Below are positions 12,101-24,965 of a stretch of 64,000 bases of DNA, piece after piece. The translations under genes were made by a program, and so were the position numbers. Numbering within the stretch: the stretch's first letter is position 1; every line of letters starts with the position of its first letter. The stretch covers positions 1-64,000 of the forward strand of contig JAAOMT010000328.1 of NCBI GenBank assembly GCA_016748015.1. Direction: 5' to 3'. Source of the DNA: Geosiphon pyriformis uo1. Lineage: Eukaryota; Fungi; Glomeromycota. Below the pieces are notes generated by a model. The model was given only the letters and a program-made list of their open reading frames with translations, searched no databases and had not been told where the DNA came from.

Positions 12101-12621
12101 GGAACTTAATTTTATTACACGTGATTGAATAAAGAAAACTCGATTCCCTACTTTTAAATGTTTAAATGTTGAAAAATCGAAATAGCAAATTTACTTTTAT
12201 TATTATTAAGTACTAATAAGTTTGGTTTAGAAGATAAAAAGGTATGATTTTTTTCCACTAAAGGCATTAAAACATTAAATTTTTTAATAATTAAGATTTT
12301 TTGAATATGTTAGAAAAAACAAAGTCCCATAATTTAATATATTTTTTTATTCCATGATTTATTTTTGCATTCTTAGCTGGATTGAAAATAAAAAAAAATA
12401 TATTTTCATTTTTAATATATAGTTGAAAGTGAATGTATATAAGAAAAATTTTGTATCAACTATTAGGTTATTTCACTTTGTGATATTTTTCATATTACAT
12501 CATCCTCTTGATTCAAAGAACGATCAATCCCAGAACTTGATGAATTATTTAAGATAACGTAGAAGGCCCAAAAATCATTTTTTCACCTTCTTTCTCCAAT
12601 TTCTACCTGTTGCTTCAAAAA

Positions 12622-14798
12622 ATGAATTGGACTGGTGGTAAAAGGTTGAAGATTTTACTATCAATTTTTTTGACTTTTGAGAATTGTTGGTCATTCATTC
12701 TTATTTTTTGTTCCTATTAAAGGCACACAATAAAAGGAAGGTTCGAAAAACAAAAACAGAGAGAATTTTTTAATAAACAAAGATTAAAAAAAGTACACAT
12801 GTTTCTACACTCGAGAACAAAAAAAACTCAAGGCTTGCCTAATGTCAATTTGATTCGTCATGATCATGAAAGTCCCTTAAGTTCCCCTGCTATACCAAAA
12901 ACAAGAAATTCATCACGAAGTGAAAAATTACAAATTCAATTGAAAGATCTCAGTGAAGACAATAATCAATTTGCTTTTGAGCATTACAGATCTCGCAGCA
13001 GTGATATTGAAATTTTCGATTTGGATAGTAAAGTCTTTGACGATTTCATTGAGCCTATACGCATTAATACCAAATTTACCAAAAAGAAGTCCTTGCCAGC
13101 TGAGCAATTAAAAATTCCTAAAGCTGCGGTACCAGGTAAAAAGCTTAAATTCAAAAATATTTTACTAAAGCTCAACCACACCTACTTTTTTTATCTTGAA
13201 AATATTCCAAGACATATCAAAACGTAAAGAAAACCTTTTGAAAGATTTGGACTGGGTTGGGATTGGGTCTTCTTCCTTAGAAATAGTATGTGATATAAAA
13301 TCATTATGCTCTTCAAGTAGCAAAAATTATCGCATGAGAAATCAACAAATGATACAACTTTAGAGCCCAGCAGGTGGCTTTGAGAATGATAATGTGGAAC
13401 CTGAAGGTAAGAGTAAAAATAATTTCATAAAATTTTTAATCGTAGTAAAAATAATAATTCATTCAGAAAATGCAACGGTGAATAACTTTCAACATCAAGA
13501 AAATTCAGAGTATTCTGATCCGTGGTGTGTAGCATCCTCTGGTAAAGATGGTCATCGAAATTATCCCTCTAAGGGAAAATATTTTGAAAGAAAAGGTTTT
13601 AAAAGTCAAAAAATACTTTGACTTAAACCAAAAGCTCTTAATATTTAGCTGATTCGAAACCAAAATTGATGCTCCAAGACCAATTGAATAGTAAAATGGA
13701 AGCAACACATGTAAATTCCATTCCACCACTTTTGTCGAGCTCAACAGTGACCCAATCTATCAATGCTGAACCATTCAAGTGGCATCAATTTCTTTCAAGC
13801 CCCAAAAAGAGTCCCTCACAAACTTTCAATGATAGGAGAGAAGAAATGACCTCCCCTAATCAATTACAATCAGATAAAAAGACAAAAACTATTTTTTCCA
13901 TAACCAGTTGTTTGCATGACATAACTGAAGACGAAAATTTAACGACAAAGTCGCAAATTCCAACTCAATTAAACCAACCCATTAATGATATCTCACCATC
14001 AGTCGCAAAGTCACACATTATCACAACTACCATTGAGCAAAAATCCATAGCTACATCCAGCATCGCATGGAATCAATTTCTAAGAAACCAAATAAATTCA
14101 GCCCAAATTCAAAGGAAGGTCAAAAACTTCAGTTCTGACGAAACATCATCTATTCATGTTGGTTTCAGTCCATATATGAGTCCTAGGAAAAAGAAGATTT
14201 TGCTATCAATTTCTGAATCACAAAATTCTCAGAGCTATGAAAATACCATTACAAGCGATAATGAAATCACGCAGCATCACAAAGTTCTGGGGATTTCTCA
14301 GACTTCTAATAAAAAAACTATCCCAGCGATCATTTGGGAAGAAGGGAAGTCAACGCGAAAGGATTCAGGTAATAATTAATTGATAGATTTAAATCTTAGA
14401 AATTCCCTCATATTATGGCACATCTACGTTTGAATTATTTAACATTTAGAAGTTGAAGTTCCTTCGAATGATGAGAAAAAGGAATTTTCACAAACCAAAG
14501 AAAACGTTACTCATGTATTTTAATAACTTTGATTATTAGTTTGAAATTTAAAACGTAGTTGAAAAATCGACTAATATCGGGTTTGAAAATTTAGGAAGAG
14601 TTGAATGAACGAGTTCATAATCTTGAAATAAAAAATGCTCATCTTCAATTAGATATGAGGTTTTTGAAAGAGGACGTGAGATGGCTTAAGGAAAAAACGA
14701 AAACCCAAAACTCAAGCCCTTTATATCATTTTGTTTCCAAAGAAACACCGATTGAAACGCTTCCTCACCAAACCAATGAAGATATTGCCGATTGTTGA
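12622..14798 (+). CDS. HEIP1: HEIP1/REDIC1 (C12orf40)-like meiotic crossover protein, multi-exon
   Basis: 23-nt first exon 12622-12644 spliced to 12723 gives MNWTGGKRHTIKGRFEKQKQREFFNKQRLKK, matching the family N-terminal signature (MNWxGG..KQ+EyFE+.+L). Exon 3 has KRKENLLKDLDWVGI. The rest is disordered, with a C-terminal coiled coil. Confidence 0.75.
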
Positions 14799-15626
14799 AA
14801 GAATTTCCGAGATTCCAAGGTCCGAAGATTCTTGGGGCAAAGATATCGGTTTTCTCAGCCAAACTCTCCTGTTCTTTCTTCATTGCCTATAACAAAAACA
14901 ACAACAACAAAAACGCCACCACCATCACTACATTCCGCTATCTCACATTAATTTCTGATACATCAAAATATTCTAAATATTCAATAAATTTTATATATTC
15001 TTTTTTATAAGACACTAAAAATAACTTTTGAATTGGCAAATTTAAAATTAGGATTAAAAAAATTGACACACTCCTCAAGTTTAAGAACTTTTACTGTCAG
15101 TGTTTCTTTTATTCAAAATTTCAATCAATTGTAATTCAAAGCAAAAAGGCGCAGTTTTAATAAAACATAATTGTAGTTGTAGCATTATTTCATAGTATGA
15201 CAATTAATTGTGATGTTATCCTTAGTGTTTTTTATGTCATTTTTAAAAATTTATTATCATTAATGTATTGGGTTTTAAGTAAATAAGCAGAAATATCATA
15301 AATATTTTAAGTTAATTTTCATTTATATTAATATTGTTAGATATTTATTTATTAAAAAAATATGATATTAAATCAATTATCTTATTTCATTTAATATTAT
15401 AAAATCAAAATGTATGTAAAAAATAAATACATTATGATTTTTAACAACATTTTTTAATGTAGAAATTATTTTTGCACTTTTTTTTTTGATGGTAAAAAAA
15501 AATAAATGTTCAAAAGAAATTATACGGGTAAAAAGTGTAACAAATAAAAATCGTGGGAATTTATGGTTGGATGAAGATCCCCATTTATAAAATGTCAGTT
15601 CAGACTTAAAATTTTTCTGTGAAAAA

Positions 15627-17046
15627 ATGGTACCTCTTCAAAATCACCTCTTCTTCTCACGTATATGCTTTTTAGTTTTCCTTTTTATTTCTATCAGTTT
15701 TGTTGACTCGATAGTTATAAGTAATGGAAAGATATGTAAATCAAATGGAAAATGTTATCCAAGAATCTTTGAGGCAACATATGAATTTCAAGAGATATTA
15801 GAAGGCCAGGAAGTGCCTGGAGGTCAGTAAAAATACACATTTATTGAAAATTTATCTATAAAAACTATTCGTTTTTCCCATAAATTCACCGTCCATTTAG
15901 GCCTTCATATACGAGTTAATATCAACACTGGCCAAAGACATGCCAAGCTCATAAGCGCGACAACAGTTGAAGATTCCGCTGCAATTATCGTTCTCGACAA
16001 AAATCAAACTATTTCGATGAAGGAGTCAGAAAAAGAAGAAATGAATAATTCAAAAACAAATTTTCATTTACCCTCCTCCGAAAAAGTCAATTCTACTCTT
16101 CCATTAGTATCAATGGCAGATAAACCAAATAAACACGTTCCACAATCTGATCATCATCTTTTCGAAGAATATATCGCCTCTTTATCGAGCAACGACACAA
16201 CTAATACACAACTCTTACAGGCCTTAGACGGTTTGGAAGAATTGGTTCACGAATTAGACTTTGGAGTCAAATTGGCCAGAGGTGATGGAATTTTTGTTAT
16301 ACTTCGATTACTGACCCATCAAGAAAATGAAGTGAAAAAGAAAGCTGCAACAGTACTGGGTACAGCAATGCAGGTAATTATCTTTATCGTTAAAAAGATT
16401 CTTTGTAATAATAAGGTTGTATCAATTTTAAATTTGTAAAATTTCTCCAATTTGATCAATAAAATAGAATAACCCAACCGCTCAAACTATCGCGTTACAA
16501 CTAAATCTCGTTCCACGTGTCTTGGATCGTCTCATATCTGAACATGATGTAGCTTTCTCTTCTCGTCTTTTATATGCTTTGTCAAGTATTATTCGTGGTA
16601 ACGAGAAAGCCGTTGAATCTTTTCAAAACAATGAAGGATTAATACTATTAGCGGATTTCTACACCTCAACCATTAATGAAGAGTTGCAGGGAAAATGTGC
16701 GGTGTTTATTACCGACTTATTTGATCCGAATATGATAAATGTTAATAGTTCAATCATAGATTATCAGAGTTTTTCGATGATTTCGGCAATCGATATATGG
16801 TGTAAGCTTTTTCAGGAGACATTATTTGAACTCGAAAGTGGTAATGCTAAAGAAATTAGTCTAGATTTGAGGGAAAAAGCATTAGGAGGATTAGCAATGA
16901 TTAGGAGCCACTATTCTGAGAATTGTCCTGCGCAACTCGGTTTAAATAAGTGGTTAAAACGGCAACAACATTTAGTTAAACTCGATCACGATCTTGAAGA
17001 CTTTTCTCATCTAATTATCCAAGTTCAAAAGGAATATAAATTTTAA
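15627..17046 (+). CDS. SIL1: ER Hsp70 (BiP) nucleotide exchange factor SIL1, 3 exons
   Basis: Signal peptide, CYPRIFEATYEFQEILEGQEVPGG|LHIRVNINTGQRHAKL, LEELVHELDFGVKL, LGTAMQ|NNP, and ARM-like LYALSSIIRGN. Confidence 0.9.
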
Positions 17047-17127
17047 TATTAAAGGAATTTTTAATTCATTTTTATGACAATTCGTCCCACACTCGATTTT
17101 TTAAACTTTCCAAATGTGCGTTTTTCT

Positions 17128-18732
17128 CTATTTATTCTCTTTTTGAGAATTATCTATTAGAATTGAAGTTTGATCGTCAAATTTTTGATCTTCAAACTCT
17201 GCTAATTTTTGTAACACAAAAGAGCCACTTTTTTCTAGCCAAATATGTTGAGTACTCTTGATCATTTGGACAGCCCATGCTGTTTCATTGCATTCTTTTG
17301 CCGCTCCCAAGAATGCAACTATAGTTCGATAATCGGGCTCCAAACCAGATTTGATCATATCATTCCATACTAGTTTGACACCTTGAGAATCTTTATTTAT
17401 TCCATAAAATTTCACTAAATTGCGAAAAGTTATCAAATTCGGAATGATCTTGAGATTCTGCATCTCTTGCACGCTTTTTATTACATCAGTAATTCTACCC
17501 AGCTCTCCGAAACCTTGTATCAAAGTGTTAAAGGTTACCACATCGGGTGTTATAATTTGACTTAGCATCAGCAAATACCATTCTCGGGCTGTCTCTATGT
17601 ATCGCTCTGATTCAGGTTCCTTTCCCATAAACTTAGCCATAGCTGCAGCTTTAAAATTACCTGAAATTAGAATATTGAACGTCACAATACTAAATGGTGC
17701 ATTCCACTTTTTCAGCATCTCTTTATTTAGGAATTCCATGGCTGTTTCTGGAAGATTTTTGTCCATGTAACCTTTGATTATCAAATTGAATGTAACTCCA
17801 TTTGGAATAACTTTGCGTTCATTCATTCGATTGTAGATATTAATCGCGGCATCCAGGTCATAATTTTCTTGAATATAATATTGAATGAGGGCATTATGAG
17901 CCGATGAATCCAGTTGTTGTCCTGATGCTTCTGCATGAGCCAAAACTTTGTGAGCAGCCTCTAGATGTCCTGATGACGCGAATGCAGTGATCAAAGTCCC
18001 AAAAACCCGGCTGTTGAGTAAATAGCCTTTTTGTACGAACTCATCATATATTGTCATGATTTTGTCAAAATTGACTATATCTTTGGAATATGCATTGATA
18101 AGAGTGCAAAGCGTTGTAGAATTTGGTATCAAATCTTTCTGCATTTTAATCTTTTCCCAGATATTTTGTAGCCTTGGAAGATCTCCAGCTGTATGACAGG
18201 CAGTTATTAAGGCGTTGTAAATGTCAATATCGTAAGCCAACCCTGAATTCAGTAAATCGGACAGTACTATTTCAATTTGTTTTATACGCTGAGATAAAGA
18301 AGAATCCTCATTTTTACTTTCGCCATTTCTTTTGAGCAACCAAGCTAGGTTACGGTAATCGACATAAAATAAACCTCGCCGTTTTTGTGAACTATATAGC
18401 TTCCAAGCAAGATCAGCATCGCGTTTTGCTATTGCTTCACGAACCAACTTGGCGTAATTTACCTCCCACTCAACGTCTCTTAGGAGTGCTGGTGTTTTGG
18501 TTGGTACTCGTGGAATGCGTTCTGAGAAACTGTTATTAGTGTTAGAAAACTTAATTTTGCCGCGTCGTGAGTTTTCCCACTTTATATGATTTTTGTCAAT
18601 TTTCGCAGAATTGAATAAAGATCTCGAAAGAGTTTGACAAAGTGCATAGATTGATTGTCCGCTTGTTTTGTCTTTAATAATTAAAATAGCCAAAGGTTTG
18701 ATGTTAAGACAAGTTTTTCCTCGTCCCCACAT
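17128..18732 (-). CDS. Pentatricopeptide repeat (PPR) protein, probably mitochondrial, intronless
   Basis: Repeated ~35-aa units (DIDIYNALITAC, PNGVTFNLIIKGY, PDVVTFNTLIQGF, PNLITFRNLVKFY) and a basic N-terminal presequence-like region. Confidence 0.93.
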   Translation of the reverse strand: MWGRGKTCLNIKPLAILIIKDKTSGQSIYALCQTLSRSLFNSAKIDKNHIKWENSRRGKIKFSNTNNSFSERIPRVPTKTPALLRDVEWEVNYAKLVREAIAKRDADLAWKLYSSQKRRGLFYVDYRNLAWLLKRNGESKNEDSSLSQRIKQIEIVLSDLLNSGLAYDIDIYNALITACHTAGDLPRLQNIWEKIKMQKDLIPNSTTLCTLINAYSKDIVNFDKIMTIYDEFVQKGYLLNSRVFGTLITAFASSGHLEAAHKVLAHAEASGQQLDSSAHNALIQYYIQENYDLDAAINIYNRMNERKVIPNGVTFNLIIKGYMDKNLPETAMEFLNKEMLKKWNAPFSIVTFNILISGNFKAAAMAKFMGKEPESERYIETAREWYLLMLSQIITPDVVTFNTLIQGFGELGRITDVIKSVQEMQNLKIIPNLITFRNLVKFYGINKDSQGVKLVWNDMIKSGLEPDYRTIVAFLGAAKECNETAWAVQMIKSTQHIWLEKSGSFVLQKLAEFEDQKFDDQTSILIDNSQKENK

Positions 18733-19080
18733 TCTCTATTCAAAGCAGCGGCAAAAGCTAAGTTTTCGTAAATTTAATAATTTATGAGTCATCATATGCT
18801 TATTGATTAAATTTCTACTCTGCAAAATTTTTAAATGACGTTAACTATGCCACCACTTAACCCAAACCACAGTAACCCGGGAATACTTTTACAGAAGTTC
18901 AGAACAAGCCTTCAAAGAAGAAGGTGCGTAGTAAGACAAACAAGCGAACCTTCTCACTACTATTCAGTGCGTGTCATGTTTAGTTTTCACCGAAATAAGA
19001 ACCAACTTTCCTCGATTGCTTCGTAACTAAGTGGTCCAACTGATCCAAAAATCTGTTGAATATATCAACGTTTCATATAG

Positions 19081-21537
19081 ACCCAGATCAAGAAAAGTTC
19101 ATCAAATGCATATGATAATCGTATTTGTCTTTCACGACTATTCTCCCCAACCACCAAAGCTAATGTGACTCCAAGCGACATCAAAGAGAGTGGAAAAGTT
19201 GAAAAAGTTAAAGGAGAAAAAGCCGAAACCAATAACAGAGAAAGTGAGGCGAGGGAACCCATAGGAGAAAGTTATAAATTAATGTTTCGTGCTGGATTGA
19301 TAAGGCAGGTACATGATCAATTAATATACGCATTTCTGCTATCGTAAAATACAAATAATCAATGTAAAATATTTTTTCAACCCCTTTTTTTTGGTATGGG
19401 CTAAAGTCGTCCTCTGGGATATACTCATTGTTGCCTTTCGCACTCCGTGCATTGGAGAAATTGGAACGAATTGTAGACATCGAAATGCGCAATATTGGTA
19501 TTTGTTGCTCAAAAGTTAATGATAATGATTCGAAAAGTCATAGAAAGTTGAAGGATAAAAAGATTTTGAATAATGCTTCATGCTTATTCTATAATCGGGA
19601 CAAAACAAGGTGCGCAAAGATTATCCTTGCCGAATTTATTGAGTGCTAATACATGGAAACAGACGGGCCGATGGAATTCTTCTGGTAAAGAGGTGAGAAA
19701 AAAATAAACTTTTTTTTTCATCTGATTGCTTTCCTGTGTTACACTCCAAATTTTGAGAGAGGGCTGTATATTAAACATAATATGCATGTATTCAAAATGA
19801 ATTTGACGAATTTTCTCGATTATTAGATTTTTCGATTACAAGATCGAAAAGATTCTGAATTCTGTCTAGCTCCGACACACGAGGAAGAAATTACAAAATT
19901 AATCGCTCAAGAAATCTCTTCTTATCGTCAACTACCGCTGAAATTATATCAAATCGGTAATTAAAAATACTTTGAGAGTTTATGGTAAACGAGTGTATTC
20001 ATGGGTTTAAAAATGGTTTTAATACAACGAATTAAATTTAAACAAATGTTTCCTAAAACAAGATAGAAAGTATCGTGATGAGATGCGTCCACGATCTGGT
20101 TTATTACGTGCTCGTGAGTTCATAATGAAAGACCTTTATACTTTTGACGCAACAGAAGAAGCTTCTATAAAAACTTACACAGAGGTGACGGAGGCATATA
20201 AAAGGATATTTCTAAAAATCGGATTACCATTTATCATTGTGGGTACTTTTAGCTTTTGCAATGAAAGTATTCTCTTATTAATTGAATCAATTTCTTCAGG
20301 CAGATGCAGATTCTGGAAATATTGGCGGCAAAAGATCACACGAATATCATTTTTTATCCGAGGGTAATTACTAATTTACACCTGAAATATCTAGTGAAAT
20401 AATTTAATAATACTCGATCGAAAAAAAAAACTAAAATGATGGTTGGTTGTTCACTTTTTTAAAGCCGGTGAAGACCAAATCATATCATGTTCCAAATGTG
20501 GGTATATAGCAAATGAAGAAATCGCTATTGGTGTTCTCCCTCGTCCGCCATCCATTTCAAATTCGATCCCACAAGATGAAATTATTCAGTTTGGAATCAT
20601 CGACGATCAAAAACTAGCGATTATTCTCATGGGAAAAGATCGGGAAGTTAACTTATTAAAGCTGAAATGGGGCAGCGGAGAACACAACGTAAAATTATTG
20701 AACCCATTAAAGGCCTATGAAGCTCTTTCTCAAGACAGTCATCAAGACCCTGTATTACACATATTTCAGGATGATACTTTCAACGGCGCGATCCAGAATC
20801 TTTTTTTAACTTCACACGATAAAATTACTACCAATATCTTGGAGAAATTCAGGCCAAGATTAGAAAATCCCAATTATGATCAACCACACCACAACATTTC
20901 TGTTCACCGCGGGGATTACCATAACATAAAAGCTGGCGATGGATGTCCAATCTGCAGCCTGCACTCGCACTCGATCACACCATCTCACAATTTCCAGCCA
21001 TTGAATAGTAATCGTGGTATTGAAGTTGGACATACCTTTCTACTCGGTACAAAATACTCTGATCCATTACAAGCAACTTATGCTCCTGAGAACCCTGCAA
21101 CCGCTGGAGAACATCGACTGATTCAAATGGGATGTTTTGGGCTTGGATTAACGCGTATATTGGCTGCAATCATCGAGATTTCACATGACAAACACGGAAT
21201 TATATGGCCTACAGCTATTGCCCCGTATCGCGTTTGTATTATTCCCGGGACTCAAGCAGAAACCGTGATCCAGACGGTGAAACAGATATATGACGATTTG
21301 ACTCGCACTCGAACAGGGGAACTAGAAAATGACGTGGTAATTGACGATAGAGATGTGTCATTTGGGTATCGAATGAAGGATGCTCAATTGGTAGGATATC
21401 CGTGGTGCATAATCATAGGGAATAATTTCTTAGAAAATGGGAAAGTTGAAATACAAAAACGAAGTACCAATGATGATAAAATGTTCGTTGAAATAGCGGA
21501 GATTGGTAAGATGATATTAAATAATGGGTTACTTTAA
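19081..21537 (+). CDS. AIM10: Mitochondrial (bacterial-type) prolyl-tRNA synthetase, first exon unresolved (upstream of 19081)
   Basis: [10 protein letters not shown]|[71 protein letters not shown], and an anticodon-binding domain [20 protein letters not shown]. Confidence 0.92.
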
Positions 21538-22587
21538 TTAAATGAGATCAGGTAGTATAAGAAATGGTAGCCATATTGATTATTGATTTCCAAAAGATAT
21601 AGAAATACAAGTTTTCTGATTTTCTGGTATGAAATTAAAATAGTTCAAAGAAGTTTACAGAAAAGTTATTGATGATGAACCTAAACAGACTCCGAAATCA
21701 GGATATTTAATGAAAAATGGGAAATATTTTCTGTTGCCGATCAACATTAAGTTCGGTCAATACTCCAGGTTTGATTGATGGCGATGAAAAATTACATTCC
21801 TCAACATAAATAACTACAAACAGATTCGTTTAAAAGTTCATCAATAATTTATTAATATATATCAAAATTTGAATATAAAATTCTTATATTTAAATTTCAA
21901 AAAATTTTTATTAGTATTAGAATATTTATAGGATTAAATCTTTGAATTAGTTATTTTTAAATTCAGATATAATATTCAGTTTAAAAACAAGATAGACAAT
22001 TAGTAAATTATATATAAAATCAATTTATATATATAATTCAGGTTTTTTAAATATAATCGCCAAAATTTTCAATTTCAATATTAAACATAATATTTTTTTG
22101 AATTTTATTATTAAACAAATATCAGATATTTGATCTTTTTACGAAAATAGTACTAAAAATAACCACAAAATGATAAATATGAACTTTTGTGCTTTTAAAA
22201 GTATTCAACAGCTTTTTTATTTGTTTATCATATTTTCGATAAAAATAAAAAAAACTTATGATTAAGAAAATTGTCCTTTTTTTAAAAAAACAATTTGTTT
22301 TAAATTCTGCTTTAATAATAATTTCAAAGGTGAAACTACTTTTATAATTATTAATTTGGCTGAAAGCTAATTTCAAAATATTTTTCTTGAATAAAAATAA
22401 GAGATTTTTGGAAATCTGTTGTTAACAAATATTACCAAGTAGTTTATACATTTAGATAACATGACAAATTATTGTACCAGCATGTTTTGAGTGATGTGCT
22501 ATACCGAAATAATTTAATATTCTCTGTTGACAAATACTTAAAGTAAATTATGAAAGATAAAAGGGAAACAAATGAGTAGCCACTTTG

Positions 22588-22737
22588 TTGTCTAGCCATT
22601 TCACGATTGTTCTTGGGACCCTTAAGGAAGGCTGGGAATTTTTAACTCCCCCCCCCCCTCCCATGAAAAGCTTGATTATTGTACAATGGTTGCGGGTAAA
22701 ATAAGTTGGTTGGAGGGAAGCTTCAATAGCCAGACAA
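22588..22737 (-). ncRNA. Candidate structured RNA element downstream of ESF2
   Basis: 13-bp closing helix (22725-22737 with 22588-22600) whose two imperfect pairs are G-U only on the minus strand, plus internal stems. Forms a GC-richer island in AT-rich DNA. Confidence 0.25.
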
Positions 22738-23016
22738 TTTCCAAAAAGATAGTGATTGAAATTCGAAGGTTAGAGAGAAAAGAGATCGATTGATTTAAAA
22801 TTATAGCAATTATAAAAGTTAATTATATTAAGAAAAACAAATCCCAATAGATGGTTTACATACCTTGATTCATAGCGGCTCTCTTTCAGATCCTTGATTA
22901 AAAAATTTATTTATTGAGTATATATTAAATACTTACTGTTGTATTTTGCTCTAAGATATTACCATATATCTTGCAGTATACATCTATGCACCCGAATATC
23001 TCGACTTTGAATTTTT

Positions 23017-24587
23017 TTACTTGCCAAAGATCCTTGGAAGTAATTCGGTTACCTTGGAGTCTAATTCTTTCGGTTCGTTCGTATTTATAGCCGTAGTAAT
23101 GGACCTCTTTGTACTCGCATGACTCGATAATACTGCCTCACTGTTTACCAATTTTCTTTGTTTAAATTGGCGGCGGAGTTTTTGACCTTGTTCTACCATA
23201 GAGAGCTAATCCAAGAATGTTTTGATAATTATTTATATTTTTTTGGTTAAATGAATATTTAAAGAAGGCTTGGGAGTTCGTGATTGCACCCGAGAAAATC
23301 TCTTTATTCCTAGTTGGGTATATTTACCTCATTATCATGGCTGGTATCATGATCATTTGTTTGGTCAGATAATCGTTGACGTTTGAGGTGCTTCTTTTTT
23401 TCCATATTCTCAATCATTTTCGCCTTTTCTACTTTCCTAATATAGTCCTTGGTCTCCCTTTTTGCTTGTGATATCTCTGCTTGTAGCCGTTGAGATCTTG
23501 CTGCAGTCTCATATGCTTTTATTATTATCATAATAATTTGACATATCAGTTAGAAACAGCGAAAGATATTGCAAGATATTATCGTATTTTCCTTACCTAT
23601 TTGTTCGGTTAGATGATTCCATTTAAACTTTGGCAAGTATTTGATATTCCATAAATCATCATGATAATAATTTCTTTTGTTCCCACCCATCAGAGTTGCA
23701 TTCAATAATCCAGCGACCTTCTTGGCCACCCTCTTGTCCATAAATTCTACCCATCCTTCGGTATAATTCTTCTTTTTATTACCTCCATATTTTTTTCTTC
23801 GCATTTGAACTTTGGCATCTTCCGGTGCAAGATATACCCGCCCAATTTCTCCAAACTTTCCCAATAGATGTCGAATTTTTAAAGGTTTCATAAAAGGAGG
23901 TATTCGTGATAAATATACAATTCCTGTTTTATTCTGTTTCTCTTGAAAATCTGCAAGTTTGGCTGCTGTTAAAGGTTTTATTATTTTCTTTGTTTTAGCT
24001 ATACTTGTATCTAGTGTGCTATCAGTAAGCCTAGTGGTTGTGCTAAGAGTCTCTATAAGATCACTTGAACCTTTTAGGTCATTCTTGGATTGAGAGGCCT
24101 TTATCTTTAAAGAACAATTATTGGCGTTCCCGCTATTTGTTTTACTTTTTTCGATTGATTTTGTTTCGTGATCATCAAAATCGGCAGACAAGTGGAACCT
24201 GGGGTCAAATTTAATTTCTAAGGTTGCCTTATTGTTTGTAAAAGTTTTCTTTGACTGTCGTTTTTCAAGTCCACCACCACTTTCAACAGAATTTTTTCTC
24301 AACAGGTTTTCCTCATGCACCTCGTTGTTGTCGTCGTCGTCGTCGCCCTCACTGGTGCTTTCGAACCCCTCCACTTCCTCTTCTCTGCCATTTTTACCAG
24401 AGTCCTTTTTCAGTGGTTTTAGGTCTTCCCAATCAAACAGTTCTTGATCGCTACTTTGTTCTTCCTCTGTTTCACTAAATCCTTCTTCACTAAACATCCC
24501 TTCCGGCTCGTCTTGCCAGCCCTCAACGTCTTTTTCACTAATCTGAACTTTATCGCTTTTTACCGGTGTTTTTCTTTGAGAACCCAT
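23017..24587 (-). CDS. ESF2: Pre-rRNA-processing protein Esf2/ABT1, 3 exons
   Basis: Acidic N-terminus, GIVYLSRIPPFMKP..FGEIGRVYLAPED, YTEGWVEF, DDLWNIKYLPKFKWNHLTEQI, RLQAEISQAKRE. First true ATG at 24587. Confidence 0.93.
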
Positions 24588-24965
24588 AAGTAAATACGAC
24601 AAAAATAATTTTTCAAATTAAAATCTTATTTAAAAATAAATCAAGTATTTGATTTAATGCTTGAATTTTTTGTTGATGTCCACACAAAGAATGGAAATTT
24701 TATCTATAAATGCTATTGTGACTGAATTAAATTAACTTGTAATACTTTCACTCATTGTTCCCTTGAGATCTCTTCCAGTGATCACGCTATGTCTAAAAAT
24801 AGATGACAATTTGCATCGAAAACTAGACATCTGTATCATTTTGAACAAGCGAAAATTTGTTCCTCCATCTCAAATTTTGGAGAATTTGGTAAATCAAATC
24901 TAAACTATAAATATCACATAACACGCTTACTCCATAAAATATCTCGATTTTTATCCTAATATAAA

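Larger units (their letters stand above)
10620..12110 (-). mobile_element. Degraded IS607-like element (TnpA serine recombinase plus Fanzor2/TnpB), ends approximate
   Basis: Colinear tnpA and tnpB remnants on the minus strand within a GC-richer island flanked by AT-rich DNA. Confidence 0.85.

Noticed and set aside
21660-21800. Possible C/D snoRNA (ATGATGA box)
   Set aside because: No suitably placed CTGA box D or terminal stem.
22588-22737. Identification as RNase P/MRP, telomerase RNA or SECIS
   Set aside because: The required conserved boxes or template could not be matched convincingly. Left unassigned.
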